DNA from: Eledone cirrhosa
Lineage: Eukaryota
Direction of reading: 5' to 3'
DNA length: 51,120 nt
Assembly: GCA_964016885.1 (NCBI GenBank)
Contig: CAXHJY010000657.1
Span: 1 to 51,120 of the forward strand
Every line of letters starts with the position of its first letter. The first letter of the stretch is position 1. Position numbers and translations under genes: made by a program. The notes beneath the pieces are model-generated. The model made no database searches. It was given only the letters and a program-made list of their open reading frames with translations, and was not told where the DNA came from. Below are positions 22,432-35,776 of the stretch, one piece after another.

Positions 22432-22631
22432 AGGAACGAGTAGGACCCTGACGGCTGAGCTCAAGCCGTTTCGACGGCTAATTCTGGACTAATTATGTCC
22501 AGAATTAGCCGTCGAAACGGCTTGAGCTCAGCCGTCGGGGTCCTACTCGTTCCTATTACCCACTCTACTACCCTAAGTATTAAGTACTTTGGTGCGTTAT
22601 GGTCCATCTATTTCCTTACCACAGTTCCTTC

Positions 22632-22635
<4 letters not shown>
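22429..22635 (+). mobile_element. Family P copy with a 60-bp 5' fold-back
   Basis: Palindrome 22429-22555. The right arm contains GAAACGGC-ttgagctca-GCCGTC (hammerhead stem III + GUC), followed by the tail. Confidence 0.8.
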
Positions 22636-22660
<25 letters not shown>

Positions 22661-22662
<2 letters not shown>

Positions 22663-22727
22663 ACGAAGGAAGTGTGGTAAAGAACCATGTGGACCATAAC
22701 GCACCAGAGTACTCAATACTTTGGGTA
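22661..22727 (-). mobile_element. Family P tail fragment
   Basis: Reverse complement of the family P tail. Confidence 0.75.
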
Positions 22728-22769
22728 AACTTAAGAAAATTAACAAACAGAGGAGAATTAACATCGAAC

Positions 22770-25700
22770 GAAAACGGCAGAATGAAAAGAAAACAATTTG
22801 TTTAGGGGAAACAATACGCCTTCAATATAAGTTAAATCGGTTTTCCCGCATCCCGGTCCGCGCGGGATGCCCCTCATCGTCACCAGTTCGTATTGGATCT
22901 ACAGTCAATACACGCAACAGAGACATGAGGGGCAATCTTGGAAGACCGAGCAAATGATGTTGAACGTATCTGAAAGGTGACCGATCACTCTCACTACAGA
23001 GCAGATGTCGCTGTGCATGGCAACGACCAACCTTCTGAAAACGGGCCCAAAGCCAGCCTCCCTGAGTATTGATGGTCGACCCTATCAAATGATTACGCTT
23101 GATCTAAATTGGTCAGGCCCTCACCGGTGCCAAGTTCCTTAGCTACCCTCTCCACGATGTATCGCATGAGGTGAAGGTTGCCGTAGATTGATCTGTTTGG
23201 AATCGCGCATGTCTGCGCCTCTCGCACCAGTGTCCCAACGATAAACGCCAACCTTGGCCACAATTTTTAATTCTGTAATCAGCAGAGTTATGGGCCTGAA
23301 AATATCTACGTTGTGCCCCTTGTTCGGGTCCTTTCTCAGCAGCGCATCCGATCCTTGGCTCACAGAACTGGGAATTCTCCCGTTCTTGCTGTCAGTTGCA
23401 GTAGCCGTCTGCCAAGATATCACCGAACAAGTCTGGCATGTCTACGTAAAGCTGGTAGGGCAGATAATCCAAATAAAGCGATTCACCCCTCACGCAGCCA
23501 GTCATTGTTTCCTGTATCTCAGCGGCATTTATCGACTTTTCACAACACTGCCTCCGTCTCCGAGAGCCTAGGAGCCATTGAGGTAGTGATTGAAGTCCAT
23601 TCCGCATACTGGCCCACCAGTGCTTCCGAAATGTTGAGTGAAATGCTGCTGTAAGGCCGCACACATCTACTTGGGATCGACTAATATGCACTCGTCGTCA
23701 TGCGCCAAAGACCGGATCGTGGATATGTTCCTACGCCGCGCTTCTACCACCCGGGCCCATTCAACGGCTTTCGTCCCCTCGTGTCTTATAATACACACGC
23801 AGTGTCTTATAGTGATAACGCACCTTCGTGCTTAATGTTGAAGAATTTGTCGAGGGCCAATCTCGCCGCTTGAACGTCGGTCGCGATGCCTTTTCTGAGC
23901 GACCCCTCTAGTTTTCTAAGTAGTTCTCTCTGTTGTCTATTCCGTTCTATCATTATAGCCTTGCTAAACCTAACGCATTCTACTTTAATTTCCCTTATCA
24001 GTGCGAACCACCATTTGCTGTTGACGACTGCCCCCGTCAACGCCCGCTCAACTAATTCACTGCTACGGTCTCTATAGGCTTTGAGACCCTGGAGCGTGGT
24101 GTTCAGTTTCCGGTATCTGGGTCCCTGTCTATAAGACCTATCTTGAACTTTGGACAGTCTATGCTATACCTATCAATTTCTGACAAAGGACCCTACCTAC
24201 ATACGATCTTTATGACCCAATGCGGTTTGTTCATGACCACATTAACACATTCGGGAAATCCAGTTAGTAACTGTCAGACAACTGAAAACGTCTGAGCAGG
24301 TTTGCGTGGCTATTACACCCTCCTCCTCTATCTGCTAGTCCCACACAGTCCCAGTCTGCATCCAAGATCTCGTTCCAGTCGCCCACTAACATTAAAAAGC
24401 GTGACGTTTCAAGAACGGTCTCCAGGTGCCAGAATAATTCAGGCCATCCTGCCTCTGCGAGGGCGTAGACGACCACTAGCCTGAAAGAAGGGCTTTCTCC
24501 GCTGGTCACCTCCAGCACCATCAACTTACATTCTGTGTCCAAGATGATGGCCCGAATCTCGTGATCCGGACCTCTCAAAAACATCAGTGCCACACCCCCT
24601 CCTCCGATCCCGGACGGCTTGGAGATTCGTTACACCTCGTTTCCGCCGAAAATGGGTGCGAATAGCGGTGCCTGGATGATTCATGTCTCGTTGACGGCCA
24701 CCACATCTAAGTGCAGCGACCCGAGCAGGTGACCCCAGGCTACCTGCCTTTCCGCTTTCTATTCTGAGTAAGGCCATTTTGAAAAAGATTAGGAAATGGT
24801 GGGGAAGACCACTTACCACTGTTCTGTGGTTTCTCCGCCCTTCTGGCTGGTTGTGGCCCTCTCTGCATTGATGTCTTTGTATATCCTTCTGGAGAGGGTT
24901 TACGGAAATCTATATCATTGGGAAATAATTTTCCTTTTAAAATAGTGTATGTTTTTTGTGGGTGTTGTGAAGGAGGAATCACCCTTCCTCCACAGGACTA
25001 AAATAAGTGGTCTTTCCCACCGTTTCCTACAATTGTTCAACATGGCTTTACTCAGAATAGGAAGCGTAAATGCACGTGGCCTGGGATCGTCATGAAAGCG
25101 GCATGTGAATGTTTGGACTGTTGTGTCATTTTTCTTTGTGATGCTGGTGTTGTGCTGGATGTAGTGCAATAATAGTTTTTTTGTTCGGGATTAACGCCGT
25201 GAAATGCTTTGCAGTTTTGTAGTTTTGTTGTGTTTGCATTTCTTGTGGTTGCGCATTTCTTTCTGTTTGGCTTGTTGTTGGTGTTTGTTGTGATACTGGA
25301 GATGGTAGTGTTGGAGCTGATGGTGGTGATGGTGTTCGTGTTTGTGGTGGTGTTTGTGTTTGTGGCGATGTATGTGTTTGTGGCGTTGTTGGTGTTTATG
25401 GCAGTGGTGTCGTTCATGTCTTAACTTTTTTCTTTTTGTTTGTTTTGTCCCATTTTTTTGAGGGCGAGGAAAGAGAGATCTTTCTTTTTTTAATTTTTGA
25501 CGGTTTTCCACCCCTCCTCATCGTCACAATCCATCTCTAGGTGTGCGATGCCGTTGCTGTTATCGTTGTTGCTGCTGCTGTTGTTGTTGGTCGAGCCAGT
25601 AAGAGAAGTGGCGAAGGTACGAGATGTGACTTAGGTTTTTTTGCCAAATGCTGAGAGCAGAAGGTCTTTATGTGGGTTTATGTAGGTCATGGTGTGATGT

Positions 25701-26530
25701 AGGTCTTTTAGCCAACACATGTCCTAAAGCCTTTTGTATCTGGGACTCCGACTCCCGCTCCAACCGGCGTGTTTTGGCGTTAATTCTAGGGTATGTCACC
25801 GTACATAACCATTCGTTGTTCGATAATATCAGATGGAGAAGTAAGGCTGACCCTGTGTCCATTTTTATTTTTATATTCGCCTGGCCTCATCCATTTTCTC
25901 GTGGATCACTATGATCGTTTCATTTTTGTTCGCAGCCTTCGCAAAAAAAGCGTTTGGTATTGCGCTGCTGTTGCTGTCGTTGTTATTCTTATTGTTGCTG
26001 TTGTTCCTGTTGTTGTTATTGATGTTCATGACATTGTTATTGCCATTTGCGTTGTCGTTCTTGTCTGTGTTACTTTTATTTTTTATGTTTGCTTCTGTTA
26101 TATTTATTGTTGCATAGTTATTGATATTGTTGTTCAACTTGTCCTTACTGTTATCGTTGTCTATGTTCTTATTTTTTTGTGTTCTCGTGGTTGTCTGTGT
26201 TGGTTTTAATTTTGTTGTTGTTATGGTGGTGGTGGTGGTGGTGGTGGAGGTGAGGGTGCTTGCCGGCATTGTGGTAGTGGTGAAGGTGGCGTTCGCATCG
26301 GGAAATATTGGGAAATGTTGAAAATCTAATTTGTTAGCAGTTGCTGCACGAGATAAATTTTGGTTTATCGTTGTTGTTATTGTCAGCGATGCTGTCTGTA
26401 GTGTTGGCAATGGTAGCAGCATTCATGATGGTGGTGGTGGGTGCGGTGTCAACGTTTGAACCGTTGCTACATGACAGCTTGCTTAACTTTGTGGGGATAG
26501 ATTCTGCCCATATTTTTTGACAAACACATT
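22770..26530 (-). mobile_element. Decayed Tx1/L1-group LINE (low-complexity ORF1 region, APE and N-terminal RT of ORF2), 3'-truncated
   Basis: Minus-strand fragments MALLRI (ORF2 start), LMLVGDWNEILD, WWFALIREIK...FSK, FRPITLLITELKIVAK and a degenerate DRVDHQY. Many stops and frameshifts. N/T-rich upstream ORF remnants. Confidence 0.75.
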
Positions 26531-27361
26531 TTTATTGAAAGAATAAAGTTCAAATATTATGGAATGTCCTTTTTCGAGAGCAATATATATATATATGAAT
26601 GTATCACACATTTTCCACAACTAACAATTCAAAACAACTTAAAAGCAACAAAGCTTCTAGAGCCGATATCAATACGTCCGTCGAAAACGAAAAACAAAAT
26701 AATAATGATAATAATAATAGTAATGATAATATTAATAATGTTGTTGTTTTTATTACTATGAACAAGATGGCAACGACTAGCAATCGCAATGTTATTATAG
26801 GTGTGTGTGTGTGTGTGATTATGACCGTAATGATATTGGTGATGGTGATAGTAGTTCTGTATGGGTGTGGGGTGGAACATAAAGTTGGGAGTAGGAAGAG
26901 GAGAGGATAGAAGTATATTTTTCTTGTTTGTTGTTTCATCGAAGAAATGGCGATGCGTTGACGAAAAGTGATGGAAGAGCTTAGTGAAGTGAAAAGCAGA
27001 ATTTGAAGACCATGTGCAGAATCAATTAGCCTTGACAAGAAATGGAAGTGAACCGCTAAGAGAAAAAAAAATGAAATACATAAATATAAATAAGTGTTTT
27101 TAATAAAATAAATCAAACCAAACGAAATAATATAAATAAAAACGATAGACATATATTTACAAAAAAAAGCAAAAAAAAAAGCAATATGTGAATAAAATAT
27201 ACCAAAAATATTTAAAAAATCATAATGATAACAAATAGAATTACTTTCCATCTATCCATCTATCCCAAATATATATATAAGTTCTAGAAATGCATGCACC
27301 ATATGGAGTTTTGGAGCAAAGGTCGGTGTCAAGCAAGCATATGGTGATTATACATCGAGTG

Positions 27362-27402
<41 letters not shown>

Positions 27403-27455
27403 CTACACGTACGCGTATATGTTCATGTACATATATATATATATATGTGTGTATG

Positions 27456-27529
<74 letters not shown>

Positions 27530-28230
27530 CACATAAAGAAAAAAGTATATATATAGATACATATGTTTATATGTGTATGCATGCGTGTATATATGTATCG
27601 TATATGTATGTATATATTAGCTGTAGGACTAACACAAGGAGATTCAGATTAGCGACGTATATGAAAGCATATACAATATGTTTATGTATAATAAACATAC
27701 TTATGTCTCACTGGGGTTATTTGAAAAATTTATCATTTACAAAAACATTATACATAAGCTTTCAGCTTATTTTGCTTCAGCAACGAGTGAATAAACGTCA
27801 CTGAAGATAGATAAAGATCCTGAAATACTAGCATTTAAAGTTCTCTCACGGTTCCTTATGTAACTGAAACATGATCACATCTCAAAACTACAAAGGTGGT
27901 GGTATTTCATTGCATCAGATTTACATGATACTCCAATCACTCCAACGAAAGGTCCACTATCTTTCTCCCAAATGTTATTATATACATATGCATAAGCATA
28001 TATACATACACACTATTGGATGGCCGCTGACTCTTCTGCCCTTTGTCGAGCAACAGTTTATATCAGGTTACATGTTGCCAAGAGTACTTAAGTGTGATCT
28101 AGCACACACAGACACTCACACAGACACACACACTCACACTCACATACACACCAACGTGCGCATACACGCAAACACACTTTGGCTAACCAGTAAAAGAAGT
28201 ACACAATACCATAGTAATGCCTAATCTTAT

Positions 28231-28376
28231 ATATAATTGTTTCTACTTTAGGTACAAGGCCAGCAATTATCCAGTACATTACTGGTACTTTATTTTATCG
28301 ATTCCGTAAGGATGAAAGGCAAAGTTAACCTCGGCCGGATTTGAACTCAGATCGCATAGGGACGTAACTATGCTGG
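28231..28376 (-). mobile_element. 5'-truncated tRNA-derived SINE (Nin/Deu-like core)
   Basis: Homologous to 28388-28569. Confidence 0.85.
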
Positions 28377-28387
28377 CCTAATATAAT

Positions 28388-28569
28388 TGTTTCTACTTTA
28401 GGCACAAGGCCAGCAATTACCCAGTGCATTACTAGTACTTTATTTTATCGACCCCGTAAGGATGAAAGGCAAAGTCAACCTCGGCGGGATTTGAACTCAG
28501 ATCGTAAAGGGACGTAACTATGCTGGAAAGCATGGCGTCCGACCCTCTACCGATACTGCCAATCCACCA
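28388..28569 (-). mobile_element. Full-length tRNA-derived SINE with a 15-bp target-site duplication
   Basis: A-box-like TGGCAGTATCGG, B box GAGTTCAAATCCC, core GCCTTTCATCCTTACGGGGTCGATAAAATAAAGTAC. CTGGCCTAATATAAT at both 28373-28387 and 28570-28584. Confidence 0.88.
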
Positions 28570-28619
28570 CTGGCCTAATATAATGATTGGAGAACTGCGA
28601 GACTGTGTCGAGTTTATTA

Positions 28620-28800
28620 TTGCCAGTATCGGTAGAGGGTCGGACACCATGCTTTCCAGCATAGTTACGTCCCTTTACGGTCTGAGTTCAAATCACGCCG
28701 AGGTTAACTTTGCCTTTCATCCTTACGGGGTTGATAAAATAAAGTACCAGTAATGTACTGGGTAATTTGCTGGCCTTGTGCCAAAAGTAGAAACAATTAT
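28620..28800 (+). mobile_element. tRNA-derived SINE, same family, opposite orientation
   Basis: Same B box, core and tail GTAGAAACAATTAT. Confidence 0.88.
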
Positions 28801-29891
28801 TTTACATACGTGAAATAAGTTTGATTATTTTGAATAAATCAAGAATGAATATTATGTAATTTATCTTCTCAATTTCTAGAGCTCTTGGTTAAACATATAT
28901 AATGCTAGCTGTAATACCCGGGAAATGTGGGGTTATTCGCAGTTCCCAGAGTGCTCCTAAAAATGCTAGCGACCCTGGGTGCCCATACTGGATTTTCAAT
29001 CGCAATCTTTACTAGGTGTGTTTATGGCAGATCAGTTTTTTGTGTGGAACTATCAATAGCTGTTTAAGTCATAAGTCATTCTTCCATCCAGCTTTCTTCA
29101 TTCAGAGTGAATAAGCCGGGAAGTTTGAGCTCGAAGAGTATCGAACTTATTCAACAAACTTATGTATAAGAATAGCAAACTTACTGCCATGGCGCTCAAG
29201 AACAAACACAGAACAATTGAAGAAGTCATCGTAATTATTGAAGAAATTATAACCGAGTAGGCATATTCAGGTACTAATCAAGCACCCTGTATTTCCCCGT
29301 TTGTAAAGCCCTTCGTATAACTGTAGCAATTCAATAAAACCATTCCCCCTATAGTAGACATAACCCGAGAAAAAACACCATAATGAGTCGGATAAACAAT
29401 CTGAAGCGATGGCCCTAAAGAGGTCCTTGTAACGTTCACTATTGCAAAGTGTCAATAATGGGAGAGAAGTTACATCTTAATTCGGGTTAATATTCCCACG
29501 ATCCGACATCGGAATATCAACAAAATAAACTCTGCTCTCAAAGACGACATGTTACAATTAACATGCCGGGAGTACGAATATTCGTCAACATACGATTTGG
29601 GTTTTCTTCTTCAGACTAAACTCACAGTAAGCCAACTTCCAGGTCATTGATCATCTTTTGTAACACCTTTTTGTAACTTACCACCGATTCCTGCAGTTGA
29701 CCTTAATGTGACCTAAGCGCTTGCACGTGTTCAGAATCCATATCAGTGGATGTGATAAGTATATACATATATAGAGAGAGAGGTAGAAGTGATAACAATT
29801 GTTCTCGGTATGGTGAACTAACTGTTGTGTTACCACTTATATATATATATATATATAAATTAATAAAATAATGAATAAACAAAGATTTATC

Positions 29892-29931
<40 letters not shown>

Positions 29932-29953
29932 TACACGGGTGTGTATAGAAGAT

Positions 29954-30344
29954 TATATTAATAAAAGGAATTCCAACTTTGTCTGATTTACTCGTTTTAT
30001 TTACAATCCTTTAAAATTTATAATGGTATTAGAATGAAATAGTATGGTAGAATATTAAATTCTAAGTGTTAATTGAACAAGTACGTTCATGCTTTCGCAA
30101 TCTTTAGGTTCATATTGTGTGGTGACAGTCAAGTTTGCAATTTTCAACAGTTGAAAATTGCAAACTTGACTGTCACCACAAAATATGAACCTGAAGATTG
30201 CGAAAGCATGAACGTACTTGTTCAATTAACACTTAATATTTAATATTCTACCATACTATTTCATTCTAATACCATTATAAATTTTAAAGGATTGTAAATA
30301 AAACGAGTAAATCAGACAAAGTTGGAATTCCTTTTATTAATATA
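29954..30344. mobile_element. ~390-bp near-perfect palindrome with a hammerhead-like motif in each arm
   Basis: Centre CAAC-A-GTTG at 30149. Right arm 30186-30224: TGAAC-CTGAAGA-tTGC GAAA GCAt-GAAc-GTAC-TT-GTTCA. Left arm core reads CTAAAGA. Confidence 0.78.
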
Positions 30345-30368
30345 TATATATATATATATATGTATAAA

Positions 30369-30411
<43 letters not shown>

Positions 30412-30414
30412 AAA

Positions 30415-30449
<35 letters not shown>

Positions 30450-30454
30450 ACTCT

Positions 30455-30493
<39 letters not shown>

Positions 30494-30616
30494 ATATATA
30501 TATGTATACTCTTATATATATATATATATATATATGTATACTCTTATATATATATATATATATATATGTATACACTTATATATATATATATATATCTATA
30601 TATATATATATATATA

Positions 30617-30732
30617 GGAGTAAGTAAGACCCCTGGGGTCTTACTTACTCCTATTACCCACTCTACTACCCTAAGTATTGAGTACTTTGGTGCGTTATGG
30701 TCCACCTGGTTCCTTACCACTTTTCCCTCGCT
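30617..30732 (+). mobile_element. Family P copy with a ~17-19-bp 5' fold-back
   Basis: GGAGTAAGTAAGACCCC-T-GGGGTCTTACTTACTCC followed by the family P tail. (TA)n flanks. Confidence 0.8.
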
Positions 30733-30749
30733 ATATATATATGTATACA

Positions 30750-30792
<43 letters not shown>

Positions 30793-30795
30793 ACA

Positions 30796-30834
<39 letters not shown>

Positions 30835-31083
30835 TTATATATATATATATGTATATATACACACTTTAGTTAATATTTTTAATTATCGTGTGTCTACTCT
30901 GCCTTTCATAGGTTATAGATTCCATACACTGGTGGTTTTTCCCTGTTTTATTGATAGCGCACTATATCTCTCTCTAGTGTGTTGCCTTTTCAACATATTG
31001 TATTTTAAAGGGCTCGGGATTTCTTCTCCTTTGAGCACATTATTGACAGGGAATAGCGATAGTCTATGGCTCCGTTAATTTAT

Positions 31084-31130
<47 letters not shown>

Positions 31131-31478
31131 GACATCTGTTCAGTCATCAACCAAAATTAGATTGTCGTATGCTTGATTTGAAATTTCTTTATGTATATTT
31201 CTAATAAGTTGTTGCCTCGTTTTGGAGGAGGAAGGGAAGTAATGAGGGTAGGGTTTAATATACAGTAGTAGTATCCCCTCTTTCTCACTGAAACGTTTTC
31301 TCTTTCCTCCTCCATTGTAAAGATGTCCCCAGGAGCTCCATTATTGATTTTTATTGAAATCCAATCCTGTTTCTGAATATCAATTTAACGTGTGTAAAGT
31401 TTCATTAGGATCGGATCACTGGTGTAGGCGCCAACTGCTTATACATAGACAGACAGAAATTGCCATTTATATAGTAGA

Positions 31479-34400
31479 TAAAAGAGAGATGCTTCTTGGT
31501 TGGTTGGTTGGTTTAATCACGCGAAAATTACACACACACGTACATAGATACACACACATCTAAAGAGGGGGGGGGGTGAGATGCAAAGAGAGAATGAGAT
31601 AGGCCGTTATACAGAGAGAGGTACAATTAAAGTGTTAGATATTCAGATAGAGAGAATGGCAATGAATGCTGGTTTATACACACACACACGTGTGTGCGTG
31701 TGTTTGTGTATAAAGACAGAGACAGAGAGCGAGATCATCGCATTCTTGATTGTTTCGCGGCCAGCGTCTCTAATTAGTAAGTCAGAGGGGGAGATAGATA
31801 GAGAGAGGGAGAGAGAGAAAGAGTGTGTGTGTGAAGGAAACAGACATAGAGACTAAAAGAGAGGAAGAGTTACAACTCTATGCTTTACAGGAAAAGTGGG
31901 GACGAAATTAACTGTTAACAGAGAAAGTGTAAGATAGACGCTGTATGTTTGTTTCTGTGTGCGTCAATGAAGATGTGTGTTTGTGTGTGCGTCCCACAAT
32001 AGATCAAACTATCAATAAGTTTTTCGTGTTACACCAGTCATTGAAAGTTAAGTGATACTAACTACAACACAACACAAAAAATTGATACTACGGTGTATAT
32101 TAATTTAGCATTTTGAGGATAGTGTCATATTATTATTGACCTAATTCAGACGACAGAGTGTCAACCTATTCCCTAAGGCTGCTATTTACATTTATTTCTA
32201 TTTTTTATATTGTTTTGTACTTTGTGTTGTTTTATTCTGTGATAGTTTCCAAGAAAATTAATTTCATGTCACAAAAACACCACTCATCTATTGCTGTAGT
32301 TACAATGTCCGCCAAACGGTTGAAATCTTCAAACGAAAGAGAAACTCAGAGACGAGAAACAGAAAGATTAAGACAAGAAAGACGATCGCAACTTTCTGAA
32401 TGTAAACATAACTCGAGAAGGGAAACAGAAAGATTAAAGCAAAAAGAAAGACGATCGCAACTTTCTGAAAGATCATACTCACTATTGTTATTTCACAATA
32501 TGCTACCATTTAATCGACAGTTTACTCCCCTAACCTAATGAGGTTTATTTTGGGTCAACAAAGAACAAGAAGCTACTCAACGATGCAGAAATAGTTCCGG
32601 TGGTCTTCAGCTATAAGTTATGAGCAGTCTGAAAAATATGCTTCATGAAAACCATCATTACATAAAAGTATTCAAATTTGCCTTAGAAACAATAAGGCAA
32701 GCCCCATGTATAAAATTACTATTAGACCTGACAAAAAAAACCAGCAAAATAACACAAAAGACGTTGCAACAAACCACTGGAAGACGAAGTGGCTGTACTG
32801 ATGATCAATGAACAACATAAATCCAGAGACATCATTATACAGGAGAGATCTGGCCAATTACGATGAATTGCAGAGACATAGAGTATACTACACTCTTCAG
32901 TATCCTTTGATTTTTTCGAAGGTCAGGATGGATACCATTTCGCATTAAGAAAAGTAAACAACAATACAAGCGAGGAAACTAATAAATCGGTCAGTTGCGA
33001 AAACTTTTAAACATTTCACTCCATGGTAAGAGATTGCTTCAACCATATCCTAAGAATGGGAAGACTTACAAGCCAATTAATGGTTGATGTTTTTGCCATG
33101 ATTGAATCTGAGCGGTTGACATTCATTAAAAACAACCAAGCTAAATTTAGAGCAGGGTAATACATCCATTTGAGAGACACTATTATAGCTGATAGAATAA
33201 ACCCTTCCCGTGTTGGTAAGTCAGTCATTCTTCCATCTAGCTTCATAGGCAGTCCATGCTATATGGCTGAGCGCACACAAGATGCCATGGCATACGTAAG
33301 AAAATTTGGTTGTCCAGATCTTTCCATTACATTTACATGCAATCCTACATGGCCAGAAATTCAAAATGAATTGTTTAACTCCAATATGCAAAATATAGAC
33401 ATGACATCATTCCCAGAGTTTTTAATGAGAAACAAAAGATCTTGATGCGGCTGCTAAAAGATGGACTAATCTTTGGCGAACCAAGATGTGGCTTAACACT
33501 ACTGAATGACAAAAAGGAGGTCTTCCTCATTCCCATATGCTAATTTGGTGTTCAGACCACATTCACTCAGATCAAATTGATAAAATCATAAGCGCCGAAT
33601 TGCCCGTTACTGACGAATACCCAGAACTATTTTCCATTATCTCAAAACAAATTATACATGGTCCATGTGGCAGTATCAACTCTAAGTGTGTGTGCATGGG
33701 AAGTAACAAATGTGCAAAAAGATACCCAAGGCTTTTCAACAAGAAACTGTAACTGATGATGACTGATATCCTCAATACAGACGAAGCCCTCATTGTGGTG
33801 GAAAAACTGCAATTATCAAGATACGTGGTCAAGACATTCAGGTTGGTAACAATTAGGTTGTTCCCTATAATCCCCTCCCCTGCAAAATCCTTGATGCTCA
33901 CATCAATAGTGAGTACAGCGCATCAGGAAAATCAATTAAGTATGTTTGTAAATATGTCAACAAACGTAGTGATATGGCAACTTTTACTATTGGTGGTGAT
34001 AACCAATTGAATGAAGTTAAAAGATATCTAACAGGGAGACATATTTCTAGCAATGAAGCCATATGGAGAATCGTTGGTTTTGACATACACAATAGACACC
34101 CAGTGGTAGTGAATCCTGCTGTCCATTTGGAAAATGGTCAGAGGGTATATTACACCGAAGAAAATTCACAATTGATTGCTGCGTCTCCTCCGGTCACAGC
34201 GCTCACTGCTTTTTAAAAGCTTTTTGAGAAGTTGCCTTTGCTAAATCCGGGATTTATGATGAGTTTCTCACATTGCTTACATGAAATAAAAAGAAATGGC
34301 TATCAATACATCAACGCAAGTGGCACAATAGGAAGAGTTTACACGGTCCATCCTAGACATAGGGAATGTTTCCATTTCAGATTACTCCTTCACACTGTTA

Positions 34401-35776
34401 GAGGGCCAACATCATTTGAAAATATCAAAATTGTACATGGAACTCTCTGTGCAACGTATAGTGAAGCATGTAAATTACTTTGCCTACTTGAAGACGGGGA
34501 ATATTGGAAAAAGACATTGGAATAGGCAGCTGCTACACAAATGTCTAAAAAGATTCGACAGCTCTTCACTGTAATGCTCACTACGTGCAATATTTCAGAT
34601 CCCTTGAGTCTCTGGGAAAGCTATAGGAAAGACTTATCGGAAGATATATTGCACAGGATCAAATTTCACAACACTGGCATTAATGTAGATGTTTCTCCCC
34701 CTATCTATAATGAAGCCCTTTCAGAAATTAACAACCACCAGAGAGAAATTGGCTGGTCCCTTAAAGATTGCCGTTTACCAGAACCTGAGGACACAGTTGC
34801 ATACTCTATTGCACAGGATATATTAAAGGAGATGAATTATGACATCAACAAGCTTACACAATATGTCAATGAAAATGAAGAAAAGCTGATTGAAGATCAA
34901 ATTGCTTATGAAAAAATATTGACCAGTATCGCCCAGAATGAAGGAGGCCTTTACTTTTTGGATATTCCAGGAGGAACTGGTAAAACTAATTGATCAAGTA
35001 TTTCCAAATGTTGCCTCAAATTATATCAATCAATTATAGCTGTTTGAGCGAGCAATTTTAGCGCAAATAAATAATATGGTAAATCAGATCAATCAATGCC
35101 TACGGGATACGCTCCCAGGAGAAGTTCATACACATGTCTCCATTGACAAGATTTAAAAGGATGACGAAGCTGTTAATTATCCTACAGAGTTCCTTAATAG
35201 CTTGGAACTTCCTGGACTTCCTGCACACAAATTAACGCTAAAGATTGCAACTTCCATCACCTGGACCCACCACCTCTATGCAATGGCACGTGCTTAACAG
35301 TGAGGCGGATGATGAAACATCTCCTAGAGGTCACTATTCTTGGAGACAACCATCAAGGCGAAAATGCATTTATTCCAAAGATTCCGCTTATCCCTTCGTC
35401 TATCGAGCTGCCATTCAAATTCTCAAGACTTCAATTCCCCATTAAAGCCAGTTTTGCTATGCTCATATATAGAGCTCAGGATCAGAGTCTCAAAGTTGTA
35501 GGATTGTATCTGAGCGAATCAGTTTTTACTCATGGACAGTTAAATGCTGGTTGTTCACGAGTGGAAACATCTAGAAATCTTCATATACTATGCATGAATG
35601 GTAAAACAAAGAATCTGGTGTATCTGGGAGTTTTTTTTAATACTTTTTTGTCACACGTACACCACGGTATCGCCTCATACTGTAAACTAGACAAGGCATC
35701 AAATACAGTCGTTTTCTCTTCTACCTGTCTTCTCTTATTAACTGTTTACCCGGGCGAAGTCGGGTAACTCATCTAG
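31479..35776 (+). mobile_element. Decayed autonomous Helitron (Rep/PIF1-like helicase pseudogene)
   Basis: Fragments ILPSSFIGSP...QDAMAYVRKFGCPDLSITFTCNPTWPEI, GLPHSH, IHGPCG, AVHLENGQRVY, FRLLLHTVRGPTSFE, GGTGKT, RLQFPIKASFAM. 3' hairpin TACCCGGGCGAAGTCGGGTA then CTAG|T at 35773-35777. 5' boundary approximate. Confidence 0.9.

Larger units (their letters stand above)
28905..31478 (-). mobile_element. Probable non-autonomous Helitron, interrupted by (TA)n tracts and pLTR-like inserts
   Basis: Minus-strand 5' end TCTACTATATAAATGGCAATTTCTGTCTGTC at 31478. Minus-strand 3' end is an imperfect GC hairpin + CTAG at ~28905-28935. Pairing the two ends is inference. Confidence 0.5.

Noticed and set aside
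25052-26422. Asn/Thr-rich ORFs as a host gene
   Set aside because: Low-complexity trinucleotide sequence upstream of a decayed LINE ORF2; better explained as ORF1 remnants.
28388-28569. tRNA gene
   Set aside because: Only A/B-box-like motifs, no cloverleaf; multi-copy with SINE core, tail and TSD.
29040-29700. Possible captured exon inside the putative Helitron
   Set aside because: Only a 62-aa ORF with no motif I recognise; cannot be supported without a homology search.
20769-30732. CRISPR-like repeat-spacer array
   Set aside because: Repeats are dispersed, irregularly spaced and in both orientations, in a eukaryotic context with no cas genes.
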